64,000 nt of DNA from a bacterium. Lineage in GTDB: Bacteria; UBA8248. Positions 41,571-52,074 of the stretch are shown in pieces. The DNA is taken from the NCBI GenBank assembly GCA_965202625.1, contig CBDBBI010000010.1, forward strand, positions 128,001 through 192,000, written 5' to 3'. The notes beneath the pieces were generated by a model. The model saw only the letters and a program-made list of their open reading frames with translations. It had not been told where the DNA came from and did no database searches. How positions within the stretch are numbered: the first letter of the stretch is position 1; each line of letters begins with the position of its first letter. The position numbers and the translations under genes are program-made.

Positions 41571-43648
41571 TTTTGGTTCTCAAATTTTGGAATTGTGGGG
41601 AATTTCAGCCATTCGTTGAAGTCGAAGGCGAAATCCCCCGTGATGGTGGGGCGGATTTTTCGCGGCTGTATATTTCCGTCCTTCAGGCGTTTGGCGATGG
41701 CGATTTTTCTATCGAGAAGCGCCGTCCATTTTCCGACGTATAAGAACGTGTAGGGCTGATCCGCGGCGATGATGCGGTGAAGGGCGTGCGCGTAGCGAAC
41801 CTGGGTTGCCAAGTCGTATTCCTGGCGGATTTTCACGATCCACTCATCCGCCCTCGGATTTTTGTAGCCCACGAAATTGAGCTGTCCCTTTCCGGTCTGG
41901 CTCGAATGCCATATCTGGTAGAGATCCGGCTCAAGGCCGAGACTCCAGCCGAGGATGACCGCGTCGAAATTCAGCTGGTTGACGTGTTTTTTGATGAACA
42001 CGGCCCATTCGACTTGAGAGAAGCTGATCTTGACGCCGATTTTCTTCCAGGCGTCCTGCACGACGGTGCCGACGGCGCGCCTGATCTCGTTGCCGTGGTT
42101 TGTCATCAAGTTAAAGGCGAGGGGCTTTCCGTCTTTCATGAGGATTCCGTCTTTTCTCCGAAATCCGGCTTCATGGAGCATCCGCACCGCCCCCTTGGGG
42201 TCATAGGGCAGGGGCTTGATGCTGCGGTCGTAGTGCGGGCTCTGCTTTGCGAAGGGGCCGGTAATGTCCTCCGCCTCGCCATTGAGCACGTAGCGGTGAA
42301 TCTGCTTGGTGTTCACCGCCATGCCGAGGGCCTTGCGCACACGCGCGTCCTGAAAAGGCCAGCGCCGCATGTTGTAGCCGATGTAACTGAACCCGAAGCC
42401 CAGCCCCGAGAATACCTGGAACCTCGGGTCTTTTCTGAGTCGTTCGACCTGATGGGCGCCCGCCCCGTAGCGGTCCACCGTTCCGGCGTAGAACGTGATC
42501 TCCTGCGTGAGGGGGTCAGGCAGAATTCTGTAGATATATTCGTCGTATTTGGGTGGCCCTTCCCAGTAGTCCTCGTTTCGCCGGAGCTTGATGCGCTCAT
42601 CCGAGCGCCATTCTTTGAAGATGAACGGTCCCGTGCCGACCGGATTTCGGTTGAACGCGCTGTCGCGCACGCTGAAATTTTTCGGGTCCTTGCCCTCGCG
42701 AAGTGCCTCCTCGCGCAGTTTTTCGCGGTTGAGCAGATGCTCGGGCAACATCCCCATGCCCCACGTGCCGAAGGCGGGAGAGTAGAGGCGCTTGTAGGTG
42801 AGCCTGACCGTGAACCTGTCGGGTGTTTCCACGCGCTTGATGGGTTCAAAGTCCGACTTGCGGGGAGAGAGGTTTTGCGGATTCATTATGGCTTCGTAGG
42901 TGAAGCGCACGTCTGCGGAGTCGAACTCGTGGCCGTCGTGAAAGCGCACCCCGCGCCTTAAATGGAAGATGATGACGGGGTTGTGCTCGGTGAGGCGAAC
43001 GCGCTGGGAGGCGAGGGGGAGCAGGCGCCCAGGCAGCGCGGTCTTGACGTAGGGAGCGGCATCGGCCGCTACGCCTCTTGCTCCCAGCCACTCTCGAAGG
43101 CGGGTGAACAAGTCCTGATCCACGTTTTTGAGCGTGACCCGCACGCGCTCGGGATAGGAAATGAGAATCGCCATGCGCCCAGGTTTTCCTCGCCCTTTGG
43201 ACGGCGGGGTGTGGATGAACGTTTTTTGCTCGCCTGGGGCTATAACCGTTACTTCCTGAATGTTTTTCAGCCACGGGGCCTCGTTGGCGTCGCGTCCCCG
43301 CGCGATGCGCTTCGCCAGGGCCTTCGCACCCGGACCATCGGGATGAGGCACGAAGAACGCCTCCTCATAGACTCTCCACGAGGTGGCCAGCCGACCCCGA
43401 TAGGAGAGATCGCGGTCCCTGTCGATGAGTCCCTCGAATATCTGGTTGACGATCGCGCCGCTTGCCGAGTCGGCTTCAAGGACGGGGTTGAGGATTTGCG
43501 CGTCGGCGATGGAGCCGGTTATGAACTGGCGGAGGCGCTTGTCGTCGCCTCTGGTTTGATCGGAAAACGTCGGAATCCAAAAGTAGGACTGGAACAACAC
43601 GGCGGTGATGAGCAGGGGGAGCAGCAGTAAAAGGCGTTTGATCAGCAT
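41567..43648 (-). CDS. peptide ABC transporter substrate-binding protein (family 5)
   Basis: LNP, LA.SW, FHLRRGVRFHDG.EF...DV.FT, PVGTGPF, VRKAL..AVN; N-terminal TM anchor. Confidence 0.92.
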   Translation of the reverse strand: MLIKRLLLLLPLLITAVLFQSYFWIPTFSDQTRGDDKRLRQFITGSIADAQILNPVLEADSASGAIVNQIFEGLIDRDRDLSYRGRLATSWRVYEEAFFVPHPDGPGAKALAKRIARGRDANEAPWLKNIQEVTVIAPGEQKTFIHTPPSKGRGKPGRMAILISYPERVRVTLKNVDQDLFTRLREWLGARGVAADAAPYVKTALPGRLLPLASQRVRLTEHNPVIIFHLRRGVRFHDGHEFDSADVRFTYEAIMNPQNLSPRKSDFEPIKRVETPDRFTVRLTYKRLYSPAFGTWGMGMLPEHLLNREKLREEALREGKDPKNFSVRDSAFNRNPVGTGPFIFKEWRSDERIKLRRNEDYWEGPPKYDEYIYRILPDPLTQEITFYAGTVDRYGAGAHQVERLRKDPRFQVFSGLGFGFSYIGYNMRRWPFQDARVRKALGMAVNTKQIHRYVLNGEAEDITGPFAKQSPHYDRSIKPLPYDPKGAVRMLHEAGFRRKDGILMKDGKPLAFNLMTNHGNEIRRAVGTVVQDAWKKIGVKISFSQVEWAVFIKKHVNQLNFDAVILGWSLGLEPDLYQIWHSSQTGKGQLNFVGYKNPRADEWIVKIRQEYDLATQVRYAHALHRIIAADQPYTFLYVGKWTALLDRKIAIAKRLKDGNIQPRKIRPTITGDFAFDFNEWLKFPTIPKFENQN

Positions 43649-43695
43649 CGTCGGCCCTTAGCGTGCGCGTATCGTGAAGCCCAGGGCGCAGAGCA

Positions 43696-44025
43696 TTACT
43701 TTTGCACAGGCGCGGCCGATTGCGGGGATGGGGCAGGGGTCTGCGCGGGAGCTGGGCGCAGCGGCGCGGAAGGCACTATCGAGGCGCCTTGCTGGCTGCT
43801 TTGGGAGCCGATGTAGGTGAGCAAGAGCGAAGTCGCCATGAATAGGACGGCGGCACCCGTCGTGAGCTTGCTCAGAAAGCTCACGGGCCCTCGAGAGCCA
43901 AACATTGTGTCGCTGGATCCGCCGAAAGCGGCGCCGATGCCGCCGCCCTTGCCCGCCTGGAGAAGCACTGAAAGAACGAGGCAAAGCGCCACGGCCACGT
44001 GCAAAACCGTCAGAACTATCGTCAT
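43696..44025 (-). CDS. secG: preprotein translocase subunit SecG
   Basis: VLLQ.GKG.G.GAAFGG...FGS.G...FLSK.T; follows tpiA. Confidence 0.92.
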   Translation of the reverse strand: MTIVLTVLHVAVALCLVLSVLLQAGKGGGIGAAFGGSSDTMFGSRGPVSFLSKLTTGAAVLFMATSLLLTYIGSQSSQQGASIVPSAPLRPAPAQTPAPSPQSAAPVQK

Positions 44026-44038
44026 TTTCCCACTCTTT

Positions 44039-44809
44039 TCATTTACGCGCGGAAGTCATCAAGGCGGCGCGGACAATTTTCAGGAAATCCGCACTTTTCA
44101 AACTGGCCCCGCCGATGAGGCCGCCATCAATATCTGGTTGCGAGAACAGTGCCGCGGCGTTGTCCGGCTTCACGCTACCTCCATAGAGAATACGGGTTTC
44201 TTGTGCCCGTTGCAAGCCATAACCCTCCTCAAGCCTTCTGCGGATGAAGGCGTGCGCTTCTTGCGCCTGCTCGGGCGTGGCCGTGAGTCCCGTGCCGATG
44301 GCCCATACGGGTTCATACGCGATGATCAAGCCATCGGCGAGAGTGGAGGAAAACGCGCCCTGAATCGATGTTTTCATCTGATGGGAGATGCGAGCGAGCG
44401 TAGAGCCCGCACGTCTCGTGGGAAGCGGCTCCCCCATACAAAGGATTGGGACGAGTCCGCCCGCGCTCGCCGCCGCGGCCTTTTGGGCGATGAGGGCGTC
44501 GCCCTCTCCCATCATCTCTCGCCTTTCGCTGTGTCCGAGAATGACGTAAGATGCGCCTGCGTCCTTGAGCATGGAGACGCTCACCTCGCCGGTGTATGCG
44601 CCCTCCGGATGGTGCGAACAGTTTTGCCCGGCGACGCTGAGCCCACTCTCCGCCACCGCCGAGAGCGATGGATACGGGGGTGCCAGGAGGATATCCACTC
44701 CGGAGAGTCCCTCGCGCGCGACGCCATCGGCCACCTCGCGCGCCAGCGTCCTTGCCTCGCGAATCGTCTTGTTCATCTTCCAGTTGCCCGCCACCACCGC
44801 GCGCCGCAT
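44039..44809 (-). CDS. tpiA: triosephosphate isomerase
   Basis: AGNWKMN, GAYTGE, GHSERR, AYEPVWAIGTG, LYGGSV, LIGGASL. Confidence 0.97.
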   Translation of the reverse strand: MRRAVVAGNWKMNKTIREARTLAREVADGVAREGLSGVDILLAPPYPSLSAVAESGLSVAGQNCSHHPEGAYTGEVSVSMLKDAGASYVILGHSERREMMGEGDALIAQKAAAASAGGLVPILCMGEPLPTRRAGSTLARISHQMKTSIQGAFSSTLADGLIIAYEPVWAIGTGLTATPEQAQEAHAFIRRRLEEGYGLQRAQETRILYGGSVKPDNAAALFSQPDIDGGLIGGASLKSADFLKIVRAALMTSARK

Positions 44810-44875
44810 CGACAAGTTCCTCCTCATGATCGGGTGCGCCCTGAAATGGAAGGCGGCGTGATTGCTATGAAAGTC

Positions 44876-46099
44876 TTAATTCTTGTCCGTCAGGCACGCC
44901 AGGCCAGGCAGTTCTTTTCCTTCAAGCAGCTCGAGAAAGGCACCGCCGCCCGTGCTGATGTATGAGATGCGGCGTGATTCTCCCGCCGCGTGAACAGCCA
45001 CGTCCGTGTCGCCCCCTCCGACTATCGTCAAAGCGTAGGAGTTCGCCACGTGATTCACCATGGCATACGTCCCGCGCGAGAAGGCGTCGAGCTCGAACAC
45101 GCCCATCGGGCCGTTCCAGATGATGGTTTTGGCGTCCTGGAGCACCTCGCTGAACAGGGTGGTGCTCGCCGGGCCGATGTCCAGGGCATACCATTCGTTT
45201 GGGATTTCCTGCGCAGGCACGACCTTGGTTTCGGCGGATGCCTCGAATTTGTCCGCTATCACGTAGTCGCTTGGCAGGTAGAGCTTCACCTCCAGCTCCT
45301 GTGCCTTGTTCATGATGGAGCGCGCCGTATCCACCATGTGTTCCTCGACCAGGCTATTTCCCATCTCGAAGCCCATCGCGCGATGGAAGGTTCCCGCCAT
45401 TCCCCCTCCGATGATGATCTTGTCCATCTTCGGCAGTATGCGCTCGACGATGCCGATTTTCGTGCTCGCCTTCGCCCCTCCGAGGATCGCCACGACGGGC
45501 CGCATCGGCTTGTTCACCGCCCCGCTGAGATAGCTCACCTCCTTGATCATCAGAAAACCGGCGGCCGCCGGGCTCAGAAATTTCGTTATCGCCGACATTG
45601 AGGCATGGTTGCGGTGAGCGTTGCCGAACGCGTCGCTGATGTAGAGGTCGGCCAGAGAGGCGAGTTTTCGTGCGAATTTCTCGTCGTTTTTCTCCTCCCC
45701 CGGGTGAAACCTGAGATTCTCCAGCAGGAGAACTTCGCCGGGCTTCATCTGTGCCGCCATGCTTTTCGTCTCCGCTCCGGTGCAATCGGGTGCTAGGGGG
45801 CATTCCTTGTCCAGAAGCCGGGCCAGACGCTTTCCGACCGGAGCTAGGGAGTTTTTCGAGACGGATTTCCCCTTCGGCCGGCCGAGGTGGGAGGCGATGA
45901 CGACCCGCGCTCCCTCATCCATGAGGTAATTGATGGTGGGCAGAGCCGCTCGAATGCGGGCGTCGTCGGTGATGTGCCCCTGCTCGTCTAACGGCACATT
46001 GAAGTCAACGCGCAGGAAAACCCGCTTGCCCCCGACGTCGACGTCCTCCACGCCGAGTTTCGGGTCGCCGTTTTCGATGGTACTCGTGATCGTTCCCAT
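44876..46099 (-). CDS. pgk: phosphoglycerate kinase
   Basis: RVDFNVP, SHLGRP, LLENLRF, DIGP, WNGPMGVFE, STGGGA. Confidence 0.97.
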   Translation of the reverse strand: MGTITSTIENGDPKLGVEDVDVGGKRVFLRVDFNVPLDEQGHITDDARIRAALPTINYLMDEGARVVIASHLGRPKGKSVSKNSLAPVGKRLARLLDKECPLAPDCTGAETKSMAAQMKPGEVLLLENLRFHPGEEKNDEKFARKLASLADLYISDAFGNAHRNHASMSAITKFLSPAAAGFLMIKEVSYLSGAVNKPMRPVVAILGGAKASTKIGIVERILPKMDKIIIGGGMAGTFHRAMGFEMGNSLVEEHMVDTARSIMNKAQELEVKLYLPSDYVIADKFEASAETKVVPAQEIPNEWYALDIGPASTTLFSEVLQDAKTIIWNGPMGVFELDAFSRGTYAMVNHVANSYALTIVGGGDTDVAVHAAGESRRISYISTGGGAFLELLEGKELPGLACLTDKN

Positions 46100-46114
46100 G
46101 ATTCTCCCGGTGTT

Positions 46115-47119
46115 TTAGAGTCCGGCGCCCACTTTGTTGATGAGGTCCACCATCCGGCACGAAAACCCCCATTCGTTGTCATACCAGGCGATGACCTTGA
46201 CCATCTTTTTGTCGAGCACTTTTGTCGAGAGGCCGTCCACGGTGGAGGACGCCGGATTTCCAAGATAGTCAACCGACACCAAAGGCTCCTCCGTGTAGTC
46301 GAGTATCCCTTTCAGGGTGCCACTGGCCGCCTCCCGCAAGGCGTCGTTCACCTCCTCCACCGTCACCTCCTCCTCCACCTCGACCACAAGGTCGACGACC
46401 GAGACGTTCTGCGTAGGCACGCGAATCGCCATGCCGTCGAGTCGGCCGTTGAGTTCGGGAAGAACGAGGCCCACGGCTTTCGCCGCACCCGTAGAGGTGG
46501 GAATCATGCTCACCGCCGCGGCCCGCGCGCGCCGGAGATCGGAGTGGGGGAGGTCGAGAATCTTCTGGTCGTTCGTGTATGCGTGCGTCGTAGTCATCAA
46601 CCCGTGCCTGACCTTGAATTTCTCGTGCAGCACCTTGGCCACGGGCGCGAGGCAGTTTGTGGTGCAACTCGCATTCGAGATGACGTGGTGGGAGGAGGCG
46701 TCATATTTCTCATCGTTCACGCCCAGGACGATGGTGACGTCCTCATCTGTCGCTGGAGCGGAGATGACGACCTTTCGCGCTCCTGCCTTCAAATGTTTTT
46801 CCGCGTCCGGCCTTTTGGTGAAAATTCCCGTGCTCTCAACGGCCACTTGCACGCCCATATCCGCCCATGGGAGGTTCGCCGGGTCGCGCTCTGAAAGCAC
46901 GCGGATGGATTTTCCATTGACCCTGATCTCCGCGTCTCCGACTTCCACATTTCCTTGAAATCGGCCGTGGACGGAGTCAAACCTCAACAGGTGGGCCAAG
47001 GTTTTCGGGTCCGTCAGGTCGTTGACGGCGAGGAATTCGATGTTCGCGTCTTCCAGTCCCGCACGAAAAAGGTTTCGCCCAATCCTGCCAAAACCGTTGA
47101 TGCCAACTTTGATTCCCAT
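46115..47119 (-). CDS. gap: type I glyceraldehyde-3-phosphate dehydrogenase
   Basis: [31 protein letters not shown]. Confidence 0.97.
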   Translation of the reverse strand: MGIKVGINGFGRIGRNLFRAGLEDANIEFLAVNDLTDPKTLAHLLRFDSVHGRFQGNVEVGDAEIRVNGKSIRVLSERDPANLPWADMGVQVAVESTGIFTKRPDAEKHLKAGARKVVISAPATDEDVTIVLGVNDEKYDASSHHVISNASCTTNCLAPVAKVLHEKFKVRHGLMTTTHAYTNDQKILDLPHSDLRRARAAAVSMIPTSTGAAKAVGLVLPELNGRLDGMAIRVPTQNVSVVDLVVEVEEEVTVEEVNDALREAASGTLKGILDYTEEPLVSVDYLGNPASSTVDGLSTKVLDKKMVKVIAWYDNEWGFSCRMVDLINKVGAGL

Positions 47120-47485
47120 TTCTTTGAACCCCTCTCTCCTTGAAGAGTATAGCAATATAAAGGGTGGTTTATCGCTCTGGCCCCAACGGACATTTTCTCA
47201 TTCTTGACGGGCGGATTCTACCTGATGCGACGCCCCGTTCCAAGCCGCGCCCGAAAGTTTTCCACCGCTCGTCCATGACGGCGGATGCGTCTGTGAAAAG
47301 TCGGCGCCCCGCCGGTGAAGATCCGCCTGGGAGGAATGATATCTTTCTCCTCATCCCACTCGTGCGGAAAGGCACCGTCTGGACGAGAGCTTCTGGGAGC
47401 GATTTCCCGCTCGCCGGCCGGTGTCCCTCGCGCACAGGGAACGTTCACTCCCGAGACGCAACGTGGATGTGGTGAAAGTGGAAGC

Positions 47486-49207
47486 CTATTTTTTTCGTCT
47501 GCGTTTTCGGGTTTCATCTTCGTTGATTTCAAAGATGGGGGAGTGCCCCAGAACCACGCCATAGACCGACTCCGCCGATTCCCTGGAGACGAAACCGCGC
47601 AGGACGTCGGCGCGCACCTGCTGTGGGCCGCGCTCGTTCGGGTTGCCCCATCCCCCGCCGCCGGGCGTGGAGACCTGAATCGAATCGCCGCTTGAGAACG
47701 AGCGGGACGCGCTGACCGCCGGTGCGTCGATGCGCTTTTTTCCGGAGAGATGGCGTATCCGATAGGGTTTTCCGGCCGATCCTCCGGCACCGCCCGAGGG
47801 TCCTGCGTCTGCGCATCCAGCGGCGCTCGCCGCCACGCCCTCCATCAGCAGGCGATATACCCTGTCTACGCCCAGACCGCCTCGGTGCTTGCCCGCGCCT
47901 CCGGAGTCGGGCGCCAGCCCCATCGACTCTACGCGCACCGGATAGCGCGCTTCCATCACCTCGACCGGCATTCCGCCGGTAGCGCCCAGTGGGGGGACTG
48001 CGGAAGCTCCATCACCTCCCATGTGGGCGCCCGCGCCCGCGCCGAGGGCTTCTCGGAGCAAGTGGGAATCGCCCTTTTTATCGTGTCCCCAAAAACTGAG
48101 CGTTCTTAAACTGTCGAAGCCGGCCGGTGCCCGCCCTCCCGACGCCTGAAAGAGCGCTTCGCCGAACGCCGAGAGCAGTTTCCCGAGGGTGAGCGCCCTC
48201 AGTCCCGTCGGCGCGGGGAAGCGGGGAGTCAGCATCGTTCCCGGTCCCGGCAGCTGAACCTCGAACGTTCTCAGTGCCCCGTCGTTCAGGGGAAATTCCT
48301 CCTCATCTTTCGCGAGATGGAGCAGCATGGGCGCGAGGAGGCGGATGAGAAACTGGACGCCTTCTCCTTCAAGGGGGCAGTTTGTCGGGCCCTTGGTTTG
48401 TGGGGCGGCGCCTCTCAAATCAACCCCCAGCGTGTCTTCGCGCCGCTTGAGCTGGAGATTCAGCTCGTGGGGGCCGCTCACGCCGTCTGACTCCACGACC
48501 GTGCGCACCGTCCAGTTTTTCTCAGGTATCTGGGGGATGATCTGTTCGCGAAACGCGAGTTCGCACTCTCTGAGCAAGTCGGCGAAGCAGGCGGATAGGT
48601 TCTCCGCTCCATAGCGGCGCGTCAAATCCTTGAGACGCCTCGCGCCGACGCGAAGCGCGCCGAGTTGGGCGTCGATGTCATCGCTCAGGTGATGTGCTTG
48701 TCGACTGTTCCTCAAGAGCAGAGTTTTCACGTCTTCGACGGTCTCCTCACCCCGCGCGATCCGCACCGGGGGAATGAGAACGCCCTCATGGTAGCTCTCT
48801 GTCGCGCCGACGCTCCCCCCGCCGGGCAGGGCGCCGCCCAGATCGTCATGTCGTCCTCTAATCTGCAAAAAGGCGATGAGCGCCTCACCTGAGAACAAAG
48901 GACGTGTGAGGCACAGCTCGGCGGCTTCGCCAAGGCCCGCCGGCAGGATATAGGGGTCGTTGTGAAGAAAAACGTCTCCCTCCGCTATTTCGGGATACGA
49001 ACGGAGGATGGGTGCGGGGCCGGAGGCCAGGACCCGCCCAGTGAGGGCGCGACCGAAGCGGTCGAACAGGCAGACGGAGAAATCGCCCGCGTCACGCAGC
49101 GAGGGGCTGCGCCAGATGCGGGCGAGGAGTTCTTCCACCTCCTCCTCGATGGCGCGCAGCGCGCCGGACAGGATTTCGCTCACGATGGGGTTTGCGTTCA
49201 TCGCCAT
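47486..49207 (-). CDS. hydantoinase B/oxoprolinase family protein (divergent)
   Basis: NDPY, GG..PGG, HEGV.IPP, E..EARYP, DSGGAG..RGG.G, TPGGGG.G.P..R. Confidence 0.85.
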   Translation of the reverse strand: MAMNANPIVSEILSGALRAIEEEVEELLARIWRSPSLRDAGDFSVCLFDRFGRALTGRVLASGPAPILRSYPEIAEGDVFLHNDPYILPAGLGEAAELCLTRPLFSGEALIAFLQIRGRHDDLGGALPGGGSVGATESYHEGVLIPPVRIARGEETVEDVKTLLLRNSRQAHHLSDDIDAQLGALRVGARRLKDLTRRYGAENLSACFADLLRECELAFREQIIPQIPEKNWTVRTVVESDGVSGPHELNLQLKRREDTLGVDLRGAAPQTKGPTNCPLEGEGVQFLIRLLAPMLLHLAKDEEEFPLNDGALRTFEVQLPGPGTMLTPRFPAPTGLRALTLGKLLSAFGEALFQASGGRAPAGFDSLRTLSFWGHDKKGDSHLLREALGAGAGAHMGGDGASAVPPLGATGGMPVEVMEARYPVRVESMGLAPDSGGAGKHRGGLGVDRVYRLLMEGVAASAAGCADAGPSGGAGGSAGKPYRIRHLSGKKRIDAPAVSASRSFSSGDSIQVSTPGGGGWGNPNERGPQQVRADVLRGFVSRESAESVYGVVLGHSPIFEINEDETRKRRRKK

Positions 49208-51345
49208 TCCGCTCCCACGCCGTGCGCGCCCGTCGGCCTGCCGGCGCGCTCGGCGCGCTCGAAGACGCTTGAGCGAAAGCGCATCACCAGATTTCCGTAT
49301 CTATCGACCCGCGCCTCCTGTCTGGGGAATATCGTCGTGGTGCTGCCGAAGCTCTCCACTATCGCGGGTCCCGGAATGTAATTACTCTCCAGCAGCCTTT
49401 CCCTGTAATAGACAGGTGTGTCGTGGAATCCGCCGAACTCCTTGAACCAGACCAGACGGGCGCCCTTGTAGGCTTCCTCTGGGCTGTCGTCCCCGGCGGA
49501 AATTAAGGGCAAGTTCGGTGGCTCCGTCATGCCGACCCCCGCGACGCGCAAATGCGCGATCTCCACCGGGCGGCTTCCCTTGTGGTTGTAGGTATAGCGG
49601 CGTTTATATATCTGGTGGAAGCGTTCAATCACCTCTCCCAGCACCGGCGGGGTGATGTAGCCTCCAGGCACGTCCACTTCAATCTCCGTGGCTTCTCCCT
49701 GATATCGCATCTCCGCGGCGCGGCGCATCATGCGCCGACGCTCCGGAACGCCCTCGGCGTCGAGTCCCTCGGCGGCCTGTGCCTCGAGCCGCTCGTATGC
49801 CTCCGCCAGGGCTTCGGGGCGGAGATTATCTTCGGATTGATAGTGAGCCGACGCGTGATCGTTCACGAGGTCGACCACCTCCAGCCCAAAGGCGCTCGTC
49901 ATGCCTGCGAAGGGTGGAACGATGACGGTGTCGATGCTGAGTAGTTCGGCCACGAGACCGGCCGTAAGTGGACCGGAGCCGCCAAAGGCCATGAGGCCGA
50001 AATTCCCCGGTGAGATTCCCCTTTGCACCGTCGCGCGTCGCACGGCGTGGGCCTGGTTCCATGCGGCGATTTCGATGACGCCTGCGGCCATCTCGTAAGG
50101 GGTCATGCCGAATGGACCCGCCAGCGCGCGCATGGCCTTCATGGCGAGCGCCTTATTGAGCTTCACTTCGCCGCCCGCTAGGTGGAGAGGGCTGCGGGCC
50201 AGAAGCAGGTTCGCGTCGGTGAGCGTGGGCTCCTTCCCGCCCTTTCCATAGCAAATGGGCCCCGGGTCCGCGCCCGCGCTCCTCGGTCCGACGCGGAGTC
50301 TCCCCTCAGCGCTTCGCCAGGCGATGGAGCCGCCCCCTGTGCCGATGGTGACGATGTCGATCATCGGCGTTCTCAGGTGAAACTCATCCAGCTGGTGCCG
50401 TGTGGCGCGCTTGGCTTCCCCGCCTTCAATGACGGCGATGTCGGTGGAGGTGCCGCCGCCGTCCAAGGTGATGAGTTGTTCGTGTCCGGAGAGCCTTCCC
50501 AGATAGGCGGCGGACAGGGCGCCCGCGGCAGGCCCAGACAGGACGGTGCCTATCGGTCTTTTTGAGATTTCCCTCGCCGCCGAGACGCCGCCGTTGCTTT
50601 TCATGACGAGGAAGGGCGCGTCGCCCAGGGCCGCCTCGATTTTTTGGGCGCTGCTCTCCAGGTAGGCCTTGATGCGGGGCTTGATGCACGCATCGAGCAG
50701 CGTGGTGATGGCGCGCTCGTATTCACCAGGCTCTGGTATCACCTCGCTCGATATGCTCACGAAACATTCCGGGTATTCTTCTTCGAAGGCCTCAAGGATG
50801 GTTCGCTCATGGTGCGGGTTGGCGTAGGAGTGGAGTAGACAGACCCCCACGGAGCCGATGCCCTGTACCTTGAACCATCTCGCGAGCCTGAGCGCGTCGT
50901 CTTCGTCAATGGGTTTGAGTACCTCGCCGGACGCGGAAATTCTCTCTCTCGCCTCTTGAATTCGCTCGGGAGGCACCAGCGCATGTCGAGGTTTTTGCAG
51001 CAGGGAGGCGGCGTAGTGCCCGCTGTGTTTGCCGTTCGCTCCGCCTATCTCAAGGAGGTGGCGAAAACCTCCTGTGATGATGAACCCCAAATCCTCGAAT
51101 CGACGCTCCAAGATGGCGTTCGTCGCCACGGTCGTGCCGTGGAACACGCCGCTAACGAGGGCGGGGCGCGTCTTGGTTTCCGCCAGTATTTTCCGGATTC
51201 CCTCAAAGAGCCCATCGCTGAAGTCGGCGGGCGTCGTCGGCGTCTTGGTGGTGAACACTTCTCCGGTGTCCGAGCGCACGCCGACCACGTCGGTGAACGT
51301 GCCGCCCGTGTCCACCCCAATGCGCAGTCCGCGTTTTGAAGTCAT
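49198..51345 (-). CDS. hydantoinase A/oxoprolinase family protein
   Basis: GVDTGGTFTD, HGTTVATNA, LSGPAAG, GGTSTD, GTGGGSI, SAGADPGP; start MTSKR. Confidence 0.92.
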   Translation of the reverse strand: MTSKRGLRIGVDTGGTFTDVVGVRSDTGEVFTTKTPTTPADFSDGLFEGIRKILAETKTRPALVSGVFHGTTVATNAILERRFEDLGFIITGGFRHLLEIGGANGKHSGHYAASLLQKPRHALVPPERIQEARERISASGEVLKPIDEDDALRLARWFKVQGIGSVGVCLLHSYANPHHERTILEAFEEEYPECFVSISSEVIPEPGEYERAITTLLDACIKPRIKAYLESSAQKIEAALGDAPFLVMKSNGGVSAAREISKRPIGTVLSGPAAGALSAAYLGRLSGHEQLITLDGGGTSTDIAVIEGGEAKRATRHQLDEFHLRTPMIDIVTIGTGGGSIAWRSAEGRLRVGPRSAGADPGPICYGKGGKEPTLTDANLLLARSPLHLAGGEVKLNKALAMKAMRALAGPFGMTPYEMAAGVIEIAAWNQAHAVRRATVQRGISPGNFGLMAFGGSGPLTAGLVAELLSIDTVIVPPFAGMTSAFGLEVVDLVNDHASAHYQSEDNLRPEALAEAYERLEAQAAEGLDAEGVPERRRMMRRAAEMRYQGEATEIEVDVPGGYITPPVLGEVIERFHQIYKRRYTYNHKGSRPVEIAHLRVAGVGMTEPPNLPLISAGDDSPEEAYKGARLVWFKEFGGFHDTPVYYRERLLESNYIPGPAIVESFGSTTTIFPRQEARVDRYGNLVMRFRSSVFERAERAGRPTGAHGVGAEWR

Positions 51346-51362
51346 GCTCCAGCGGCTCTCGC

Positions 51363-51782
51363 CTAGCGCGTAAAGAGAAACGCGGCCATGGCGGCGCAGG
51401 CCAGTCCGCCGAGCTTGGCGAGCGGAAAATCCTCGCCGAGGAAGATCGCCGCCATCACCGCGGTGACGCCCGGATAGAGGGCCGAGAGTGCCACCACGCC
51501 GGCCGTTTGTTCTCCCGCCTTGGAGAGAGCCAAAACCAGGAAGAGCATGGCCAGCAAGGTGGCCAGCGTGGCGACCATGGGCAGCCAGACATCCCCGCGC
51601 ATCGGGGGAAGGGGGAACTGCCTGCTGAGTATGGCGAGGAGGACGACGGCGGCGGTGGTCACTCCCATCCCCATGAGGTGGGGTATGGCCCCCAGACGCT
51701 CTTGTCCCAGCTTCATAAGAAGTCCCCATACTCCGAAACACAGGACGGAAAGAAGCGTGAAGCCCAAGGCGGTCGCGTTCAT
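51363..51782 (-). CDS. EamA-type small membrane transporter
   Basis: Five hydrophobic helices; V.LSALYP.VT...A.IFLGE. Confidence 0.8.
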   Translation of the reverse strand: MNATALGFTLLSVLCFGVWGLLMKLGQERLGAIPHLMGMGVTTAAVVLLAILSRQFPLPPMRGDVWLPMVATLATLLAMLFLVLALSKAGEQTAGVVALSALYPGVTAVMAAIFLGEDFPLAKLGGLACAAMAAFLFTR

Positions 51783-52036
51783 CGCCTTCCCCCTAAGAAT
51801 GCGTTTTCCCGCGCGGCGGAACGTTCTCGTTTCGCCTGGACGACGCTTTGATGGTTTTTCGACCGATTCGTCGCCAAGCGGCTTTATACAGCAACACAGG
51901 GATGAGGAAAAGATGAGAGTCTCCTTTCACAAGTACTCTCGGAAACCGGATTTGCCTTGACATTCGTCCTTGCCGTTCTCAGTATCTCATAAGGCAAGCG
52001 AGGCGGGGGGTATGGTGGTTGAGTTGTCTGGTACGA

Positions 52037-52050
52037 TTGAGTTAACTCAA
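52037..52050. promoter_or_regulatory. perfect 14-bp palindrome upstream of the DGQHR gene
   Basis: TTGAGTTAACTCAA directly after a TACGAT -10-like hexamer. Confidence 0.4.
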
Positions 52051-52074
52051 TTTCTTTTGCTTGGAGACTTCTTG

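Noticed and set aside
41777-46958. Long antisense ORFs opposite the ABC transporter, tpiA, pgk and gap
   Set aside because: Typical shadow ORFs of high-GC coding sequence, with no motifs.
47160-47480. Intergenic ORFs between gap and hydantoinase B
   Set aside because: No RBS or convincing family motif.
51346-51741. N-terminal extension of the hydantoinase A ORF (847 aa)
   Set aside because: It overlaps the real EamA gene in another frame; the true start is 51345.
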